Part shown: in pieces, positions 20,195-30,466 of the stretch
Layout: each line of letters begins with the position of its first letter
How positions within the stretch are numbered: position 1 is the first letter of the stretch
NCBI GenBank assembly: GCA_963753065.1
Contig: CAVWAQ010000002.1
Location: 74,185 to 138,184, forward strand
Source of the DNA: Candidatus Bathyarchaeota archaeon
GTDB lineage: Archaea; Thermoproteota; Bathyarchaeia; 40CM-2-53-6
Direction of reading: 5' to 3'
Length of the DNA: 64,000 bases
Translations under genes and position numbers: made by a program
The notes under the pieces: model-generated
What the model saw: the letters and a program-made list of their open reading frames with translations, nothing else
Database searches by the model: none
What the model was told of the DNA's origin: nothing

Positions 20195-21037
20195 CTAGCG
20201 CGTGGAAACACGCCGTTTTCCTCTCCGTGTGGCGACTAACGTGACTATGAAGATTGCCAACCCTGTTAATACAATTGTTGCACCTGAGGCGGTATCGGTA
20301 ATAACTGACGCGATCAAGCCGAGCACAACGCTCAGAAGACCGAATACTGGAGATAGCAAGACTGTTTGCCGTAGCGATTTGCTGATTTGAACGCTTGTCA
20401 GAGCGGGAAGAACAAGCAAGGCCGAGATCAGGAGAACGCCGACAATTGGTATTGAGACTATTATCGCAATCCCAGCAAACACGCCGACTGAATAGTCGAA
20501 GAACCATGTCCTTATTCCCGCAGCTCTTGCTTGGACTTCGTCGAACGTGCTGTAGGCTAGCTCCTTGTAGAAGACAAGCACAAACGCAAACGTGACTCCG
20601 AGAACAAGCAGAGCATAGAGTATCTGATCAAAGGTGACTAAGAGGATGCTTCCAAAGAGGAGGCTTTCCAAGTTTATTCCATAGCCACGCGCCAGACTGA
20701 GTAGAAAAATCCCGGACGCTAGGCCAAGCTCGAGGAAAACCGCGACTGCGGCGTCACCGGATACCTTCGATCTCATCGCTTTAGTTATTCCAATGGAACC
20801 AAGAATGACGATGACGCCAGCAACCCACAACGGCAGGAAGCCAAGATAGTAGCCCAACGCGAGGCCGCCGAAGGCTGTGTGCGCTAAGCCGTCACCGATA
20901 AGAGACATTCTCTTCAGAACGATGAACACGCTCAGGATCGAGCTCAAAAGAGCCACTATGATTCCTATCACGAATGCTCTTTGGATGAATCCCTGAGCCA
21001 TCATTGTGAAAAATGCGTCAAGTGTGGGAATCGTCAA
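20195..21037 (-). CDS. znuB: Zn/Mn ABC transporter permease
   Basis: MSLIGDGLAHTAFGG, LFGSIL, VGVLLISALLVLPA, SGATIV. Confidence 0.9.
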   Translation of the reverse strand: MTIPTLDAFFTMMAQGFIQRAFVIGIIVALLSSILSVFIVLKRMSLIGDGLAHTAFGGLALGYYLGFLPLWVAGVIVILGSIGITKAMRSKVSGDAAVAVFLELGLASGIFLLSLARGYGINLESLLFGSILLVTFDQILYALLVLGVTFAFVLVFYKELAYSTFDEVQARAAGIRTWFFDYSVGVFAGIAIIVSIPIVGVLLISALLVLPALTSVQISKSLRQTVLLSPVFGLLSVVLGLIASVITDTASGATIVLTGLAIFIVTLVATRRGKRRVSTR

Positions 21038-21770
21038 TCACCTTCATTGGGTAACCATAAGTCTTCGCTAGAATTCCATTCGTAAACCCCGACTTCGGTC
21101 CGTAATAGAATAGAGTCCGATTAACGCACACAACCTTGTTCGCCAATTTTGTCACGCTATCAACATCATGCGAGGACAGAACAATGGCGATTCCTCGATC
21201 CCTGTTCAAGTCAGCGAGAAGGGTGTAGAATTCCGTCTTGGAGTGAATGTCAGCACCGCTCGTAGGCTCATCGAGGATTAGGATCTCTGGTTCTGTTGCA
21301 AGTGCTTTTGCCACGAGGACACGCTGCAGTTGCCCGCCTGAAAGTTGACCCAGCTTCCTATTTCGTAGCTCTGAGATCTCGAGAAGCTTCAAAGCCTCCT
21401 CAGTCTTCGTCTTGTCATTCTTGGTGAAAGGACGGAGTAGCCCCGCGTGTGGAACCCTTCCAAACATGACAGTCTCAAAAACCGTCGCGGGAAATCCATG
21501 GGCGGTTGACTCGAGAACCTGTGGAACATAGCCAACTCTTCGCAGGTTCTTCGTCGATATTGATTCTCCGAACAGCGTAACTGCGCCTGACGTAGGTCTG
21601 ATCAAGCCGAGAATTACGCTGATCAGGGTGGTTTTCCCCGCCCCGTTGGGCCCGATGAATCCAACCAAGTCATTCTTGGATATCTGGAACGAGATGTGGT
21701 CCACGGCCCACACCCCGTTTGGATATTGAACCCCTACGTTGATGAGTTCGATGAGGCTAGCATCCCACAC
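21018..21770 (-). CDS. znuC: Zn/Mn ABC transporter ATPase
   Basis: GPNGAGKTT, GYVPQ, LSGGQLQR, LDEPT, SSHD. Confidence 0.9.
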   Translation of the reverse strand: MWDASLIELINVGVQYPNGVWAVDHISFQISKNDLVGFIGPNGAGKTTLISVILGLIRPTSGAVTLFGESISTKNLRRVGYVPQVLESTAHGFPATVFETVMFGRVPHAGLLRPFTKNDKTKTEEALKLLEISELRNRKLGQLSGGQLQRVLVAKALATEPEILILDEPTSGADIHSKTEFYTLLADLNRDRGIAIVLSSHDVDSVTKLANKVVCVNRTLFYYGPKSGFTNGILAKTYGYPMKVIDDSHT

Positions 21771-22698
21771 TGTTGAGCGCCAACTTGAAGGAACCCAAGT
21801 CATCCTGCATCTTCGTCAGGTAGTCCTTACCGGCCGCTTGATCAGATTGGCTGAGACCTTCGATCGGATCCATCAAGATCAGCGTTGCATGCGTTTGACC
21901 GGCAATTGATTGTGATATGCTTGGATTCTCGAGCGATTCGTACCCGACATAGCAGAGGCGGTATTCGTTTATCGTCGCGACTACGTTGCTTATGTCGCCC
22001 GGCGTTGGTTCTTCCTCAAATGGCCCCGAAATAGAGATCTGCGTGAGATTGTACCGTCTCGCGAAATACGCGAAGGCTTCATGAAAAGTGACGAAGTATC
22101 GCGTCTTCGCGTGCGCAGCAACATCCGATATCTCCGAATTCAACGTGTCAAGTCTGGCGATATACTTCTCTGCGTTGGAGGTGAAGTACTCCTGATCATT
22201 AGGGTCAGCCTTTATGAGCCCATTAAGGATGTTCGTGACCTGCTGCTTAGCGAGTAGTGGGTCTAACCATATGTGCGGATCCACTGTACGATTGCCTTTC
22301 TGGAATTGCGATGGAACCGGCAACAATGGGATCCCTTGACTAGAATCGACTAGGACTAATCCGGGATTGCCCGCTGCAGCGGTAATCTGGGGAATCCAAG
22401 GCTCAAGCCCAGCTCCGCTGAAGATCAAGACGTTGGCGTTAGCCACTTCTTGTATTGACTGTGGCGTCGGCTCGAACTGATGGACATCCACAGTCTCGGG
22501 CACGAGCAGCGAAAGCGAAATCCGATTACCCCCAACATTCGCCGCAAAATCGTACACCGGATAGAATGTCGCCAGCACCTTGATTCGTCCCCCCGCCGGC
22601 TCAACGACATGAACCTCCCGACTGTACAAATAGACACCCGAGAGCGCCACAAGTACAACCATTGCTATTCCGATAAGTACGATGTACGGCCGCTTCAT
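21757..22698 (-). CDS. znuA: Zn/Mn ABC transporter substrate-binding protein
   Basis: N-terminal TM anchor; DVHQFEPTP, DPHIWLDP, FHEAFAYF. Confidence 0.9.
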   Translation of the reverse strand: MKRPYIVLIGIAMVVLVALSGVYLYSREVHVVEPAGGRIKVLATFYPVYDFAANVGGNRISLSLLVPETVDVHQFEPTPQSIQEVANANVLIFSGAGLEPWIPQITAAAGNPGLVLVDSSQGIPLLPVPSQFQKGNRTVDPHIWLDPLLAKQQVTNILNGLIKADPNDQEYFTSNAEKYIARLDTLNSEISDVAAHAKTRYFVTFHEAFAYFARRYNLTQISISGPFEEEPTPGDISNVVATINEYRLCYVGYESLENPSISQSIAGQTHATLILMDPIEGLSQSDQAAGKDYLTKMQDDLGSFKLALNSVGC

Positions 22699-22713
22699 AG
22701 GATCGCCCCGAAG

Positions 22714-22751
22714 TTAGCTAAAGCCTAAGTTAGGACATCCCTAATATTAGG
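22714..22751. promoter_or_regulatory. Tandem DtxR-type operators upstream of znuA
   Basis: TTAGCTAAAGCCTAA (22714-22728), perfect TTAGG-N5-CCTAA (22730-22744), further TTAGG half-site at 22747. Confidence 0.7.
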
Positions 22752-22938
22752 CTATCTCTTTGACCCATCCCAGGAAACTAGAACATATGACGAGCCGTGA
22801 CGACTCGAATCTGGGGGCAAGCGAGAAATAGGGTTGAAGAATACGTTTCTGCGGTGCCAGAAGGCAACGCTCGAAGATTATCTGTGAAATCATGTTACAG
22901 GAAAGCTAGGACGCTCAGGCCCAAAGATCAGACTCTGG

Positions 22939-23013
22939 CTTACACGTGGACTTCCACGTCCCCAAAACCACATCCACGTGGACACCCAAAAACACGCCTT
23001 ACGTTATGTCCCC
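22939..23013 (-). repeat. Right terminal inverted repeat (75 bp)
   Basis: Inverted copy of 17327-17401 with 1 mismatch. Confidence 0.95.
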
Positions 23014-23027
23014 CGCACGAGTGCACC
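23014..23027. repeat. Right target-site duplication (14 bp)
   Basis: CGCACGAGTGCACC. Confidence 0.88.
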
Positions 23028-23236
23028 CACACACGAAACTGCTCCTACTCGCGACGGTCCAACTTACGACGCTTGCGCCATGAAAGGCACACGAGGCGAC
23101 GACGGACAAATGACGAGGGACCGAGAACTGCATGAAAGACGAAGGACAGGTTACGGTTGCCTGAGAAATCCAATAAAGCGCTGACAGCCCCTTGATCCGT
23201 CTGCCCAAACAAGGAAGATGCGGGCGAGGTGAAAGG

Positions 23237-23722
23237 ATGTCTGAATCGTTACTGACGCGGCTACTGCTCCGGCGGCTGTACAACTTGTGGCCTTGCTATT
23301 GGGGAACGGGCGTCCGTCTCAAATACATCGCCAGAGATTTCCGCGAGATGCGTATAGAGCTCCCGCTCAACTGGCGCACACGGAACTATGTAGGAACCAT
23401 TTTCGGCGGAAGCATGTACGGCGCGGTCGACCCGTTGTACATGTTGATGCTGATCAAGAACTTGGGGCCGGGCTATGAGATATGGGACAAGGCGGCGACT
23501 ATCCGGTTCAAGAAGCCCGGTCGCTCCACACTTCACGCCAGTTTCACGTTGAATCAAGAGGAGCTCCTTCGGATAAGAGAGGAACTTGCTCAGGCAGGTT
23601 CCATTGACCGCGTCTACGTGATTGACCTCACTGATGATGAGGGCACAGTGTGTGCCACGGTCGAGAAGACGATCCACATTCGCAGGAAAGAAACGAGCGA
23701 CATGGGAAGAAAGGGGCCTTAG
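23237..23722 (+). CDS. Hotdog-fold thioesterase-like protein (DUF4442/PaaI-like)
   Basis: NLWPCY, RNYVGTIFGGS, WDKAATIRFKKPG. Confidence 0.85.
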   Translation: MSESLLTRLLLRRLYNLWPCYWGTGVRLKYIARDFREMRIELPLNWRTRNYVGTIFGGSMYGAVDPLYMLMLIKNLGPGYEIWDKAATIRFKKPGRSTLHASFTLNQEELLRIREELAQAGSIDRVYVIDLTDDEGTVCATVEKTIHIRRKETSDMGRKGP

Positions 23723-24128
23723 CTCACTACTGCCACCTCGAACGTGCAGGCGACTACATCTGGGCCGCGATTTCTCGGCCAAACGTTTCCGACGAAGGCT
23801 CAAGTAATATTTCTCAATCGCACGGTCCGTGGGCACAGAATTCCGTGGTAGCTTTGGTTTCAGAACCTCGCTCTCTCAAGAAGAGCATAAGGTTGCGAGA
23901 AGGCGTGTTCATGTACGTTGGCTCCGTCCTCGGCTGTGGAATCCTTGTTACATCCGCACTAGCAATAGGAATCATTTCGGTACTTTTGACGAGACGCAAG
24001 ACTGGCCGATAATTGCCTATTATGTCGGTTCTGGAGGTCTTAGTTCTAATCTGTCATTCAGGTCGTTCGTCGTGGCTCCCTGTTTTGCGTACGTGCACAC
24101 TAGGTGACGCGGCGACGACGCGGTTTGA

Positions 24129-24572
24129 TCATTTGCTTTTGGTCACGGACTCCTCTAGCGTTAGGATGCGTTGCTTCATTTCCTCAGGCAACGGAGTCTT
24201 CTTGCTTTCGCGGTAGTTGTAAGAGACCACCACACTTTCTCCTTCGGCCGCAATTGCCTGGGACTTGTGGCTCACGGCGCGATACTCCATCACAAACCTG
24301 TCCTGCTCGATGCTAGGGATCCGTGTCCCGACAGAAACCGTGTCCGGGTAGGTCAGCGGTATCTTGAACTTGCACTGAATAGACGCTAGGATCGGCCCGA
24401 CTCCAGTTTGGTTCATGAACTCCCAGAACCTCAACTTCTCAAAGTAGGCAATTCTGGCGCTTTCGAAATACCGGAAGTAGACGATGTTGTTGACATGTTG
24501 TAGAGCGTCCATTTCTCCCCATGCAATTGGTATGTCTATCACGACAGGAAAACCGGCGAGCGACTCATTCAT
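24129..24572 (-). CDS. Acyl-CoA thioesterase (4HBT/YbgC family)
   Basis: WGEMDALQHVNNIVYFRYFESAR, PLTYPD. Confidence 0.9.
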   Translation of the reverse strand: MNESLAGFPVVIDIPIAWGEMDALQHVNNIVYFRYFESARIAYFEKLRFWEFMNQTGVGPILASIQCKFKIPLTYPDTVSVGTRIPSIEQDRFVMEYRAVSHKSQAIAAEGESVVVSYNYRESKKTPLPEEMKQRILTLEESVTKSK

Positions 24573-24737
24573 GGCACAACCGCACCGTGCGTGGTCCTCT
24601 GGCGACGTTTCTAATCAAGACTTCCACGCGACATGACCCATTTAGCTAGGATTGCGAGTATCGCGCCAAGAATGGACGCGCGCAGAGTCAATGGTTCAAA
24701 TCGCTCTATTCTCATAACACCCTTCTAGAAGCAACCA

Positions 24738-25205
24738 GTGTCGGCGAGAGACATGAATCGCGTAACCATCAGAAACGCCAAGAAGAGCGACCTGCCTGCC
24801 ATCAATCAGCTGATCTTCCAACTCATCAGCACGCTCGACAAGAAAGAGGATATTGATCCCGAATTCGTTTCCCGCAATTCTCGGAGTCTGTTACGAAGTG
24901 CTGACTCTCACTTCCTGGTGGCCGAGGACGGTAAGACTGTCGTAGGTTTCGTGCATTTCACAACAAGAGGGACGGTAACTCATCGCGGCCTGTCTGGGCT
25001 AGTCGATGAGCTTGTGGTTGCGAAAGACTTTCGCAAAGCAGGAATCGGTACGCGACTGTTGTTAGCATCTATTCAAAGATGCAGAGAACTCGGATGCTGC
25101 GAAGTCGAAGTCAGCACAGAAACGACAAACAAGAGCGCAAGAGCATTCTACAGGAGCTGTGGATTTGAAGAACGCGGCATACTTCTAGAGAGAGATCTAG
25201 CGTAG
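24738..25205 (+). CDS. GNAT acetyltransferase
   Basis: LVV..DFRKAGIGTRLL, N..ARAFY..CGF. Confidence 0.88.
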   Translation: MSARDMNRVTIRNAKKSDLPAINQLIFQLISTLDKKEDIDPEFVSRNSRSLLRSADSHFLVAEDGKTVVGFVHFTTRGTVTHRGLSGLVDELVVAKDFRKAGIGTRLLLASIQRCRELGCCEVEVSTETTNKSARAFYRSCGFEERGILLERDLA

Positions 25206-25729
25206 CCCAAACTATTGTGGGATACGCGACCTTGACTGGTGATTCGTTGCGCGGTCACTAGCTTATTGACTCGCACAATACGATGAGTGGCGCTTCCTGC
25301 GTAGCAAAGGGTCCGTAGCCTTTGAGGAATTCTGGGCCCCATGCACTGCCTTAGCAAACCGATGCGACATCAGGGTGAGAGGTACCCACTGAGGGCGGGT
25401 ACATGTGCACGGTTAGGGCTTGAGCTGGGGATAGTCTAGAGTAGAACAAAGACGAATCATGTGACGGGAGCTATTGGCAGGCCGGGGGCACAAGGAACAA
25501 TCACTGCTTCTGGGTCGGGGGCAGGAATCGGAGCTGTGGCCTCGCCCCGCGAGGACTCCTTGACTCATGCGTAGGCAACCGCCTATTTGCACCGCTTGTA
25601 ACGTCAGATGTTGCGACTGCTTATACGATTACGTGAAGAATCGTCTTCCCAGGGAACAACTGTCAGCTAGCTCAGTTGTCTTGGATTGAACGAGTTTGCC
25701 GGGGATCAACCGATTGGAGGGACTTCGCT

Positions 25730-26935
25730 TTGGAGGCAACCACACGTCGCCTTAACATTGCACACCTGAGCACATATCCTCCAAGAGAATGTGGAATCGC
25801 CCTCTACACAGAGGATCTAGTACAATCCATCGGCTCGGATCGATTTGTGCACTCTATATTAGCCTTGGATGATGCCAAGCTACACTGCAAGTACACACGT
25901 CCGGTAAGTCTCGTGATCAATGCGAACAATTCCTCAGAATACGCTAAGGCGGCAAGGCTGTTGAACAACTCCAACTCATCCGTGGTCAGTCTTCAACATG
26001 AGTACGGCATATTCGGAGGAGATTGGGGAATACACATACTCGAATTCACAAGATCTCTCGAAAAGCCGCTAGTGACAACATTCCACACGGTTCTTGGTGA
26101 CCTACCACAACTCGGGAGAAAGATATTGATTGACTTGGCGTCAAGAAGCACGTATATTGTGGTCACTATCGGAAAGGCAGCACAACTCATTACCGAGAAG
26201 TACAACGTCCCGGCAAACAAGGTGAGAATAATACCACATGGTGCGCCTCTCGTGCTTCAGTGCGACCGCTCCCTCGAAAAAGAGAAGCTTGGATTGTCTG
26301 GAAGAACAATCGTTTCGACGATTGGCTTTCTCAGCCCAGCGAAGGGGATCGATTGCGCAATAAACGCAATGAAGATCATGGTCCAGAAGCACCCGTCAAT
26401 TCTCTACCTCGTCGTTGGCGAGACCCATCCGACTGTGAGACAACACGAGGATGAGAAGTACCGAGGCGAGCTTGAAGACCTGACAGACGATCTCGGCTTG
26501 AGTGATAATGTGATGTTCGTCGACAGATTTGTGTCAGATCAGGAACTTTCAACTTACTTGAGCATTTCTGATGTCTACTTGGCTCCGTACCGCGGTCGGG
26601 ATCAAGTATCCAGTGGGACGTTGACTGGAGCAATGGCACACGGAAAAGCGATAGTGGCTACGCCCACATTCTTCTCAAAGGAGACTCTTGCCTCCGGGCG
26701 AGGTCTTCTCTGCGAGTTTGATGACGCCCGATCAATTGCCCATCAAGTGGATCGCATATTGAGCAACAAGACACTGAGACGGAGCCTTGAGACGCGTGCA
26801 AGAAACTATGGAACAAAAGTCGAATGGCGAGAAACGGCAAAAGACTACGCCGAGATCTTTACCGAAGCTGCTAAGTCGAACCGTAAGGAACATGAACAGA
26901 TACCGAGGCCTGTTGAAAAATGGATACCATGTTAG
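25730..26935 (+). CDS. GT4 family glycosyltransferase
   Basis: STYPPRECGIA, QHEYGIFGG, TFHTV, IPHG, GETHP, SSGTL..AM. Confidence 0.9.
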   Translation: MEATTRRLNIAHLSTYPPRECGIALYTEDLVQSIGSDRFVHSILALDDAKLHCKYTRPVSLVINANNSSEYAKAARLLNNSNSSVVSLQHEYGIFGGDWGIHILEFTRSLEKPLVTTFHTVLGDLPQLGRKILIDLASRSTYIVVTIGKAAQLITEKYNVPANKVRIIPHGAPLVLQCDRSLEKEKLGLSGRTIVSTIGFLSPAKGIDCAINAMKIMVQKHPSILYLVVGETHPTVRQHEDEKYRGELEDLTDDLGLSDNVMFVDRFVSDQELSTYLSISDVYLAPYRGRDQVSSGTLTGAMAHGKAIVATPTFFSKETLASGRGLLCEFDDARSIAHQVDRILSNKTLRRSLETRARNYGTKVEWRETAKDYAEIFTEAAKSNRKEHEQIPRPVEKWIPC

Positions 26936-27876
26936 AAAGATACGCAGAGAATCCGATTCTTGAACCCATAAAGGAACATCCTTGGGAATCAGCCAGAGTA
27001 TTCAATTGCGCCGCCGCATACGAGAAGGGCAAAGTGCACATCGTCTACAGAGCGCAAGGTGATGATAACATATCCAGACTTGGCTACGCCGTTAGCTCTG
27101 ACGGCTACCACATCGACTACAGGCATGACTCGCCGATCTTCTCACCACTACACCACTTCGAGACATTTGGCTGCGAGGACCCTCGAATAACGAAGGTCGA
27201 TGACAGATTCTACATGTGCTATACTGCGTTTGGCAGAGTTCAGAGATGGCACGAACTAGGTGGCAAGATGAGACTGGCTCAGGTCGGGATAACCTCGATT
27301 CCAGTCAGCCGCTTCCTTGGCCATAAATGGAATTGGGGCAAACGGGTTTTTCCCATCCCTCAAGTTGATAGCAAGAACTGCGTGCTGTTCCCGAAGAAAT
27401 TCGATGGGAAATATGCGATATACCATCGTATTCCGCCGCACATTTGGGTCTCTTATTCAAACAGTCTAGATGACTGGTCAAAGAGCTGCCACAAGATAGT
27501 GATGTCGCCACAGGAGAAATGGGAGTACAAGAAAATAGGTTCTGGAGCACCCCCGATCGAGACCAAGAAAGGATGGTTGTTCATTACTCACGGAGTCGAT
27601 GAAAGCTTCACATACAGACTGGGGCTAGCACTCGTCAACAGAAACAACCCAGAGAAGTTGCACAAGCTCAGACGACCGATATTTGAACCCAGAGAAGACT
27701 ACGAGAGAAGCATCGTCTTCTGCTGCGGAGCAGTGCAGTTGGATGGAAAGATCTTCGTCTACTACGGAGCAGACGATAGGACAGTTGGTGTCGCAACGGC
27801 CGATGTCTCAGACCTCCTATCCCTTTTCGACGGAAAAGCAAACAACAAGATATCCACTCTAGGGGATGCTCGATAA
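26929..27876 (+). CDS. GH130-like glycosidase/phosphorylase (DUF377)
   Basis: NPIL, VFNCAA, GCEDPRIT, KNCVLFP, YHRI, YYGADD. Confidence 0.88.
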   Translation: MLERYAENPILEPIKEHPWESARVFNCAAAYEKGKVHIVYRAQGDDNISRLGYAVSSDGYHIDYRHDSPIFSPLHHFETFGCEDPRITKVDDRFYMCYTAFGRVQRWHELGGKMRLAQVGITSIPVSRFLGHKWNWGKRVFPIPQVDSKNCVLFPKKFDGKYAIYHRIPPHIWVSYSNSLDDWSKSCHKIVMSPQEKWEYKKIGSGAPPIETKKGWLFITHGVDESFTYRLGLALVNRNNPEKLHKLRRPIFEPREDYERSIVFCCGAVQLDGKIFVYYGADDRTVGVATADVSDLLSLFDGKANNKISTLGDAR

Positions 27877-27941
27877 TCGGATTTGTTGTCTAAGGTGACC
27901 AAGGAAACGCTTGAGGTAGGGTTCAGGGGGAGTCAACTAGG

Positions 27942-28910
27942 ATGGTCACGAAACTGATTGCGGTCGCTACCACCGGCGGCGATGCCCCGGGAATGAATGC
28001 TGCGATACGGGCTGTCGCCAGAACAGCGATCGCGAGGAAGCTGAGAGTCATCGGTTTCGAGAGAGGCTATGCAGGGCTTCTGGCCAATGAGCATAGGCCC
28101 CTGGACGCAAGAGGAGTAGGCGGCATAATGCATCAGGGCGGGACTATTCTCAAGACATCCAGATCTGAAGAAATGAGGACCAGCGAGGGAATTTCGAAAG
28201 CGACTGAAGTCTTGAAAGAGAATGGCGTGCATGCTATGGTTGTCATAGGGGGCAACGGCTCTTTCCAAGCGGCCTGCAGGCTTCATGAAGCAAGCGAAAT
28301 CCCAGTTATCGGAATACCCGCGACCATCGACAATGACTTGGCCGGAACCGATACGACGATAGGTTTTGACACGGCCGTGAACACTGCTCTAGAGGCCATT
28401 GACAGGATAAGAGATACTGCTACCTCGCATGAGAGAGTTTTCGTTGTTGAGGTGATGGGACGGAATCGAGGTTTCCTAGCTCTAGAGGTCGGCGTAGAGG
28501 TTGGGGCAGAGGTGATACTCGTACCAGAGATGACATGGGACATAGAGGAGATATGCCGTAGACTGGAAGGATCTCACCACAGCGGCAAGAAATCCGGAAT
28601 AATAGTCATGGCTGAAGGCGCGGGCAACTGCATGGAGATAGCTGATACAATAAAGGCGAAAACTGGATTCGACGTTAGACTCACAAGGCTAGGCCACATA
28701 CAGAGGGGTGGTCACCCAACCGCCCATAGTCGGCTTCTCGCCTGTAAGATGGGCGCGGCAAGCGTTGAATTCATACTTGAAGGAAGAAGAAAAGACATGA
28801 CCGGAATCCAGGGCGGTCGCGTGGTTCCAGTCGACCTGCAATACGCTTCCAACGCCAGCAAACCGATAGATGATCAATTGTACCGACTGGCCGAGATCTT
28901 GGCCACTTAG
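27942..28910 (+). CDS. pfkA: ATP-dependent 6-phosphofructokinase (PfkA family)
   Basis: GGDAPGMN, GGTIL, GGNGS, PATIDND, EVMGR, LGHIQRGG. Confidence 0.93.
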   Translation: MVTKLIAVATTGGDAPGMNAAIRAVARTAIARKLRVIGFERGYAGLLANEHRPLDARGVGGIMHQGGTILKTSRSEEMRTSEGISKATEVLKENGVHAMVVIGGNGSFQAACRLHEASEIPVIGIPATIDNDLAGTDTTIGFDTAVNTALEAIDRIRDTATSHERVFVVEVMGRNRGFLALEVGVEVGAEVILVPEMTWDIEEICRRLEGSHHSGKKSGIIVMAEGAGNCMEIADTIKAKTGFDVRLTRLGHIQRGGHPTAHSRLLACKMGAASVEFILEGRRKDMTGIQGGRVVPVDLQYASNASKPIDDQLYRLAEILAT

Positions 28911-29040
28911 AATTGCGAGAGAACTTGAGTTTCAACCCGTAAGCATTGGAAGCAGGACGCTATAGTGACGGTTCGAGATGTTACTGGCATTATCTTAATT
29001 GGCAGCGGAGCCACAATGTGCGGAACCGGGCTTACTGAAT

Positions 29041-29421
29041 ATGGATTACAATGAGCTATGTGCCCGATTGTTCTCTGCTGACAAGCGAATCAGATATGCT
29101 ACCGTGACGGATAGCCGCTGCAATATCCTGGCGGGAGGGATGCGACCTGGTGTTCAACCATTGGAGTCAACTCCTGAGGCTGCCCAACGCATCGATCTCC
29201 AGGTGGCGGTCTTGGACGGCATCATGCATGCATGGGCCGAGTCTATTGGGAGAGCAAGATTCGCGCTAATACGACACGAGAAGGCATACATGCTGATTAT
29301 TCCCTTCGAGAACAAACACGTGGAACTCTCGATCGAAACGAACATGACCCTAGAGGAGATTAGTAGAATAATCAGTGTCGTTGAAGACTCCGCTCGCGAG
29401 TGCGGCCTAGTACCATCTTAA
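29041..29421 (+). CDS. Hypothetical protein, roadblock/profilin-like
   Basis: D.RIRYATV.D...ILAGGMRPGV pattern seen in small TACK proteins. Confidence 0.6.
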   Translation: MDYNELCARLFSADKRIRYATVTDSRCNILAGGMRPGVQPLESTPEAAQRIDLQVAVLDGIMHAWAESIGRARFALIRHEKAYMLIIPFENKHVELSIETNMTLEEISRIISVVEDSARECGLVPS

Positions 29422-29548
29422 TGAATTGGTCCGTCTCGACCATTCACTGCTCCTGAACGATTCTTCTTGGCATCTCTTGCATAATTCACGTAAAAGGCGA
29501 AAAAGGGACCTCACGTATCTAGCGGATACCACCGTGAGCGTGACTAGC

Positions 29549-30466
29549 ATGGACCTCAACATTGTCGGAGAGGCTGCAGCTATAATTGCCTCGGGATTCT
29601 GGACTATTTCCTCGATAGTCTTCACATCGGCCGGGAAGAAGATTGGTTCGTTAAGCGTAAACGCCTATCGCACAGTGTTCGCGATAGTCTTCCTTGCGCT
29701 TACGCATGCGATTTTGCTTGGAAGCCTTCTGCCGATCGCGAGCAGTACCCAGTGGTTCTGGATGGGCTTGAGCGGGGTTCTTGGTCTGAGCATTGGCGAC
29801 TCGGGATTGTTCGCCGCGTATCTTACTATTGGGCCTCGGCGTTCACTTCTGTTGATGGCTTTGTCTCCAATATTCGCAGCCGTAGGCGCGTACTTGATGC
29901 TTGGAGAAACAATTCCCGCGTTCGACATAGTTGGCATGGCTATCACGTTAGCTGGGGTTATAATAGTCATATTGGAGAGAGAGGAACAATCCGGAGAACT
30001 ACCCGTCGCGAAGAAGTCGAAAGTCTACGGTATTCTTTTCGGACTGATTGCAGCGGCTGGGCAGGGAAGCGGGTTAGTCTTTGCGAAGAAAGGAATCGAC
30101 CTGTATCCTGGGGTGACGCTTGACCCGCTGTCCGCCACATTGATGCGCATGATCTTGGCGGCCTTGGCGCTGTGGGTCGTGTTGCCGATTGCTGGAAGAT
30201 GGCCTGAACTCCGCTCAGCCGCCAAGAACCGGAAAGGGATTCGGGACACAACGGCAGCCGCAATACTTGGCCCTTTTCTAGGCGTCACACTCTCCATGTT
30301 CGCCGTGACCTACACGCAGACAGGTGTTGCACAAACCCTCCTATCCCTGATGCCAGTCATGATAATTCCAGTAGTCTGGGTGCTGTACAGGCAGAGGACT
30401 AGCTGGCGAGGAATCTTAGGCGCACTCACAGCGGTAATTGGAGTCGCAATACTCTTCCTAATCTAG
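29549..30466 (+). CDS. DMT/EamA family transporter
   Basis: About 10 TM helices in two repeats; SGVLGLSIGD, IGPRRS. Confidence 0.88.
   Translation: MDLNIVGEAAAIIASGFWTISSIVFTSAGKKIGSLSVNAYRTVFAIVFLALTHAILLGSLLPIASSTQWFWMGLSGVLGLSIGDSGLFAAYLTIGPRRSLLLMALSPIFAAVGAYLMLGETIPAFDIVGMAITLAGVIIVILEREEQSGELPVAKKSKVYGILFGLIAAAGQGSGLVFAKKGIDLYPGVTLDPLSATLMRMILAALALWVVLPIAGRWPELRSAAKNRKGIRDTTAAAILGPFLGVTLSMFAVTYTQTGVAQTLLSLMPVMIIPVVWVLYRQRTSWRGILGALTAVIGVAILFLI

Larger units (their letters stand above)
17327..23013. mobile_element. Non-autonomous casposon-derived element with metal/redox cargo
   Basis: 75-bp TIRs, 14-bp TSD, casposase remnant; no PolB inside. Confidence 0.85.

Noticed and set aside
23860-24012. 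Amino-acid permease gene
   Set aside because: Only a ~30-aa N-terminal-like fragment (LKKSI...YVGSVLGCGIL); at most a remnant.
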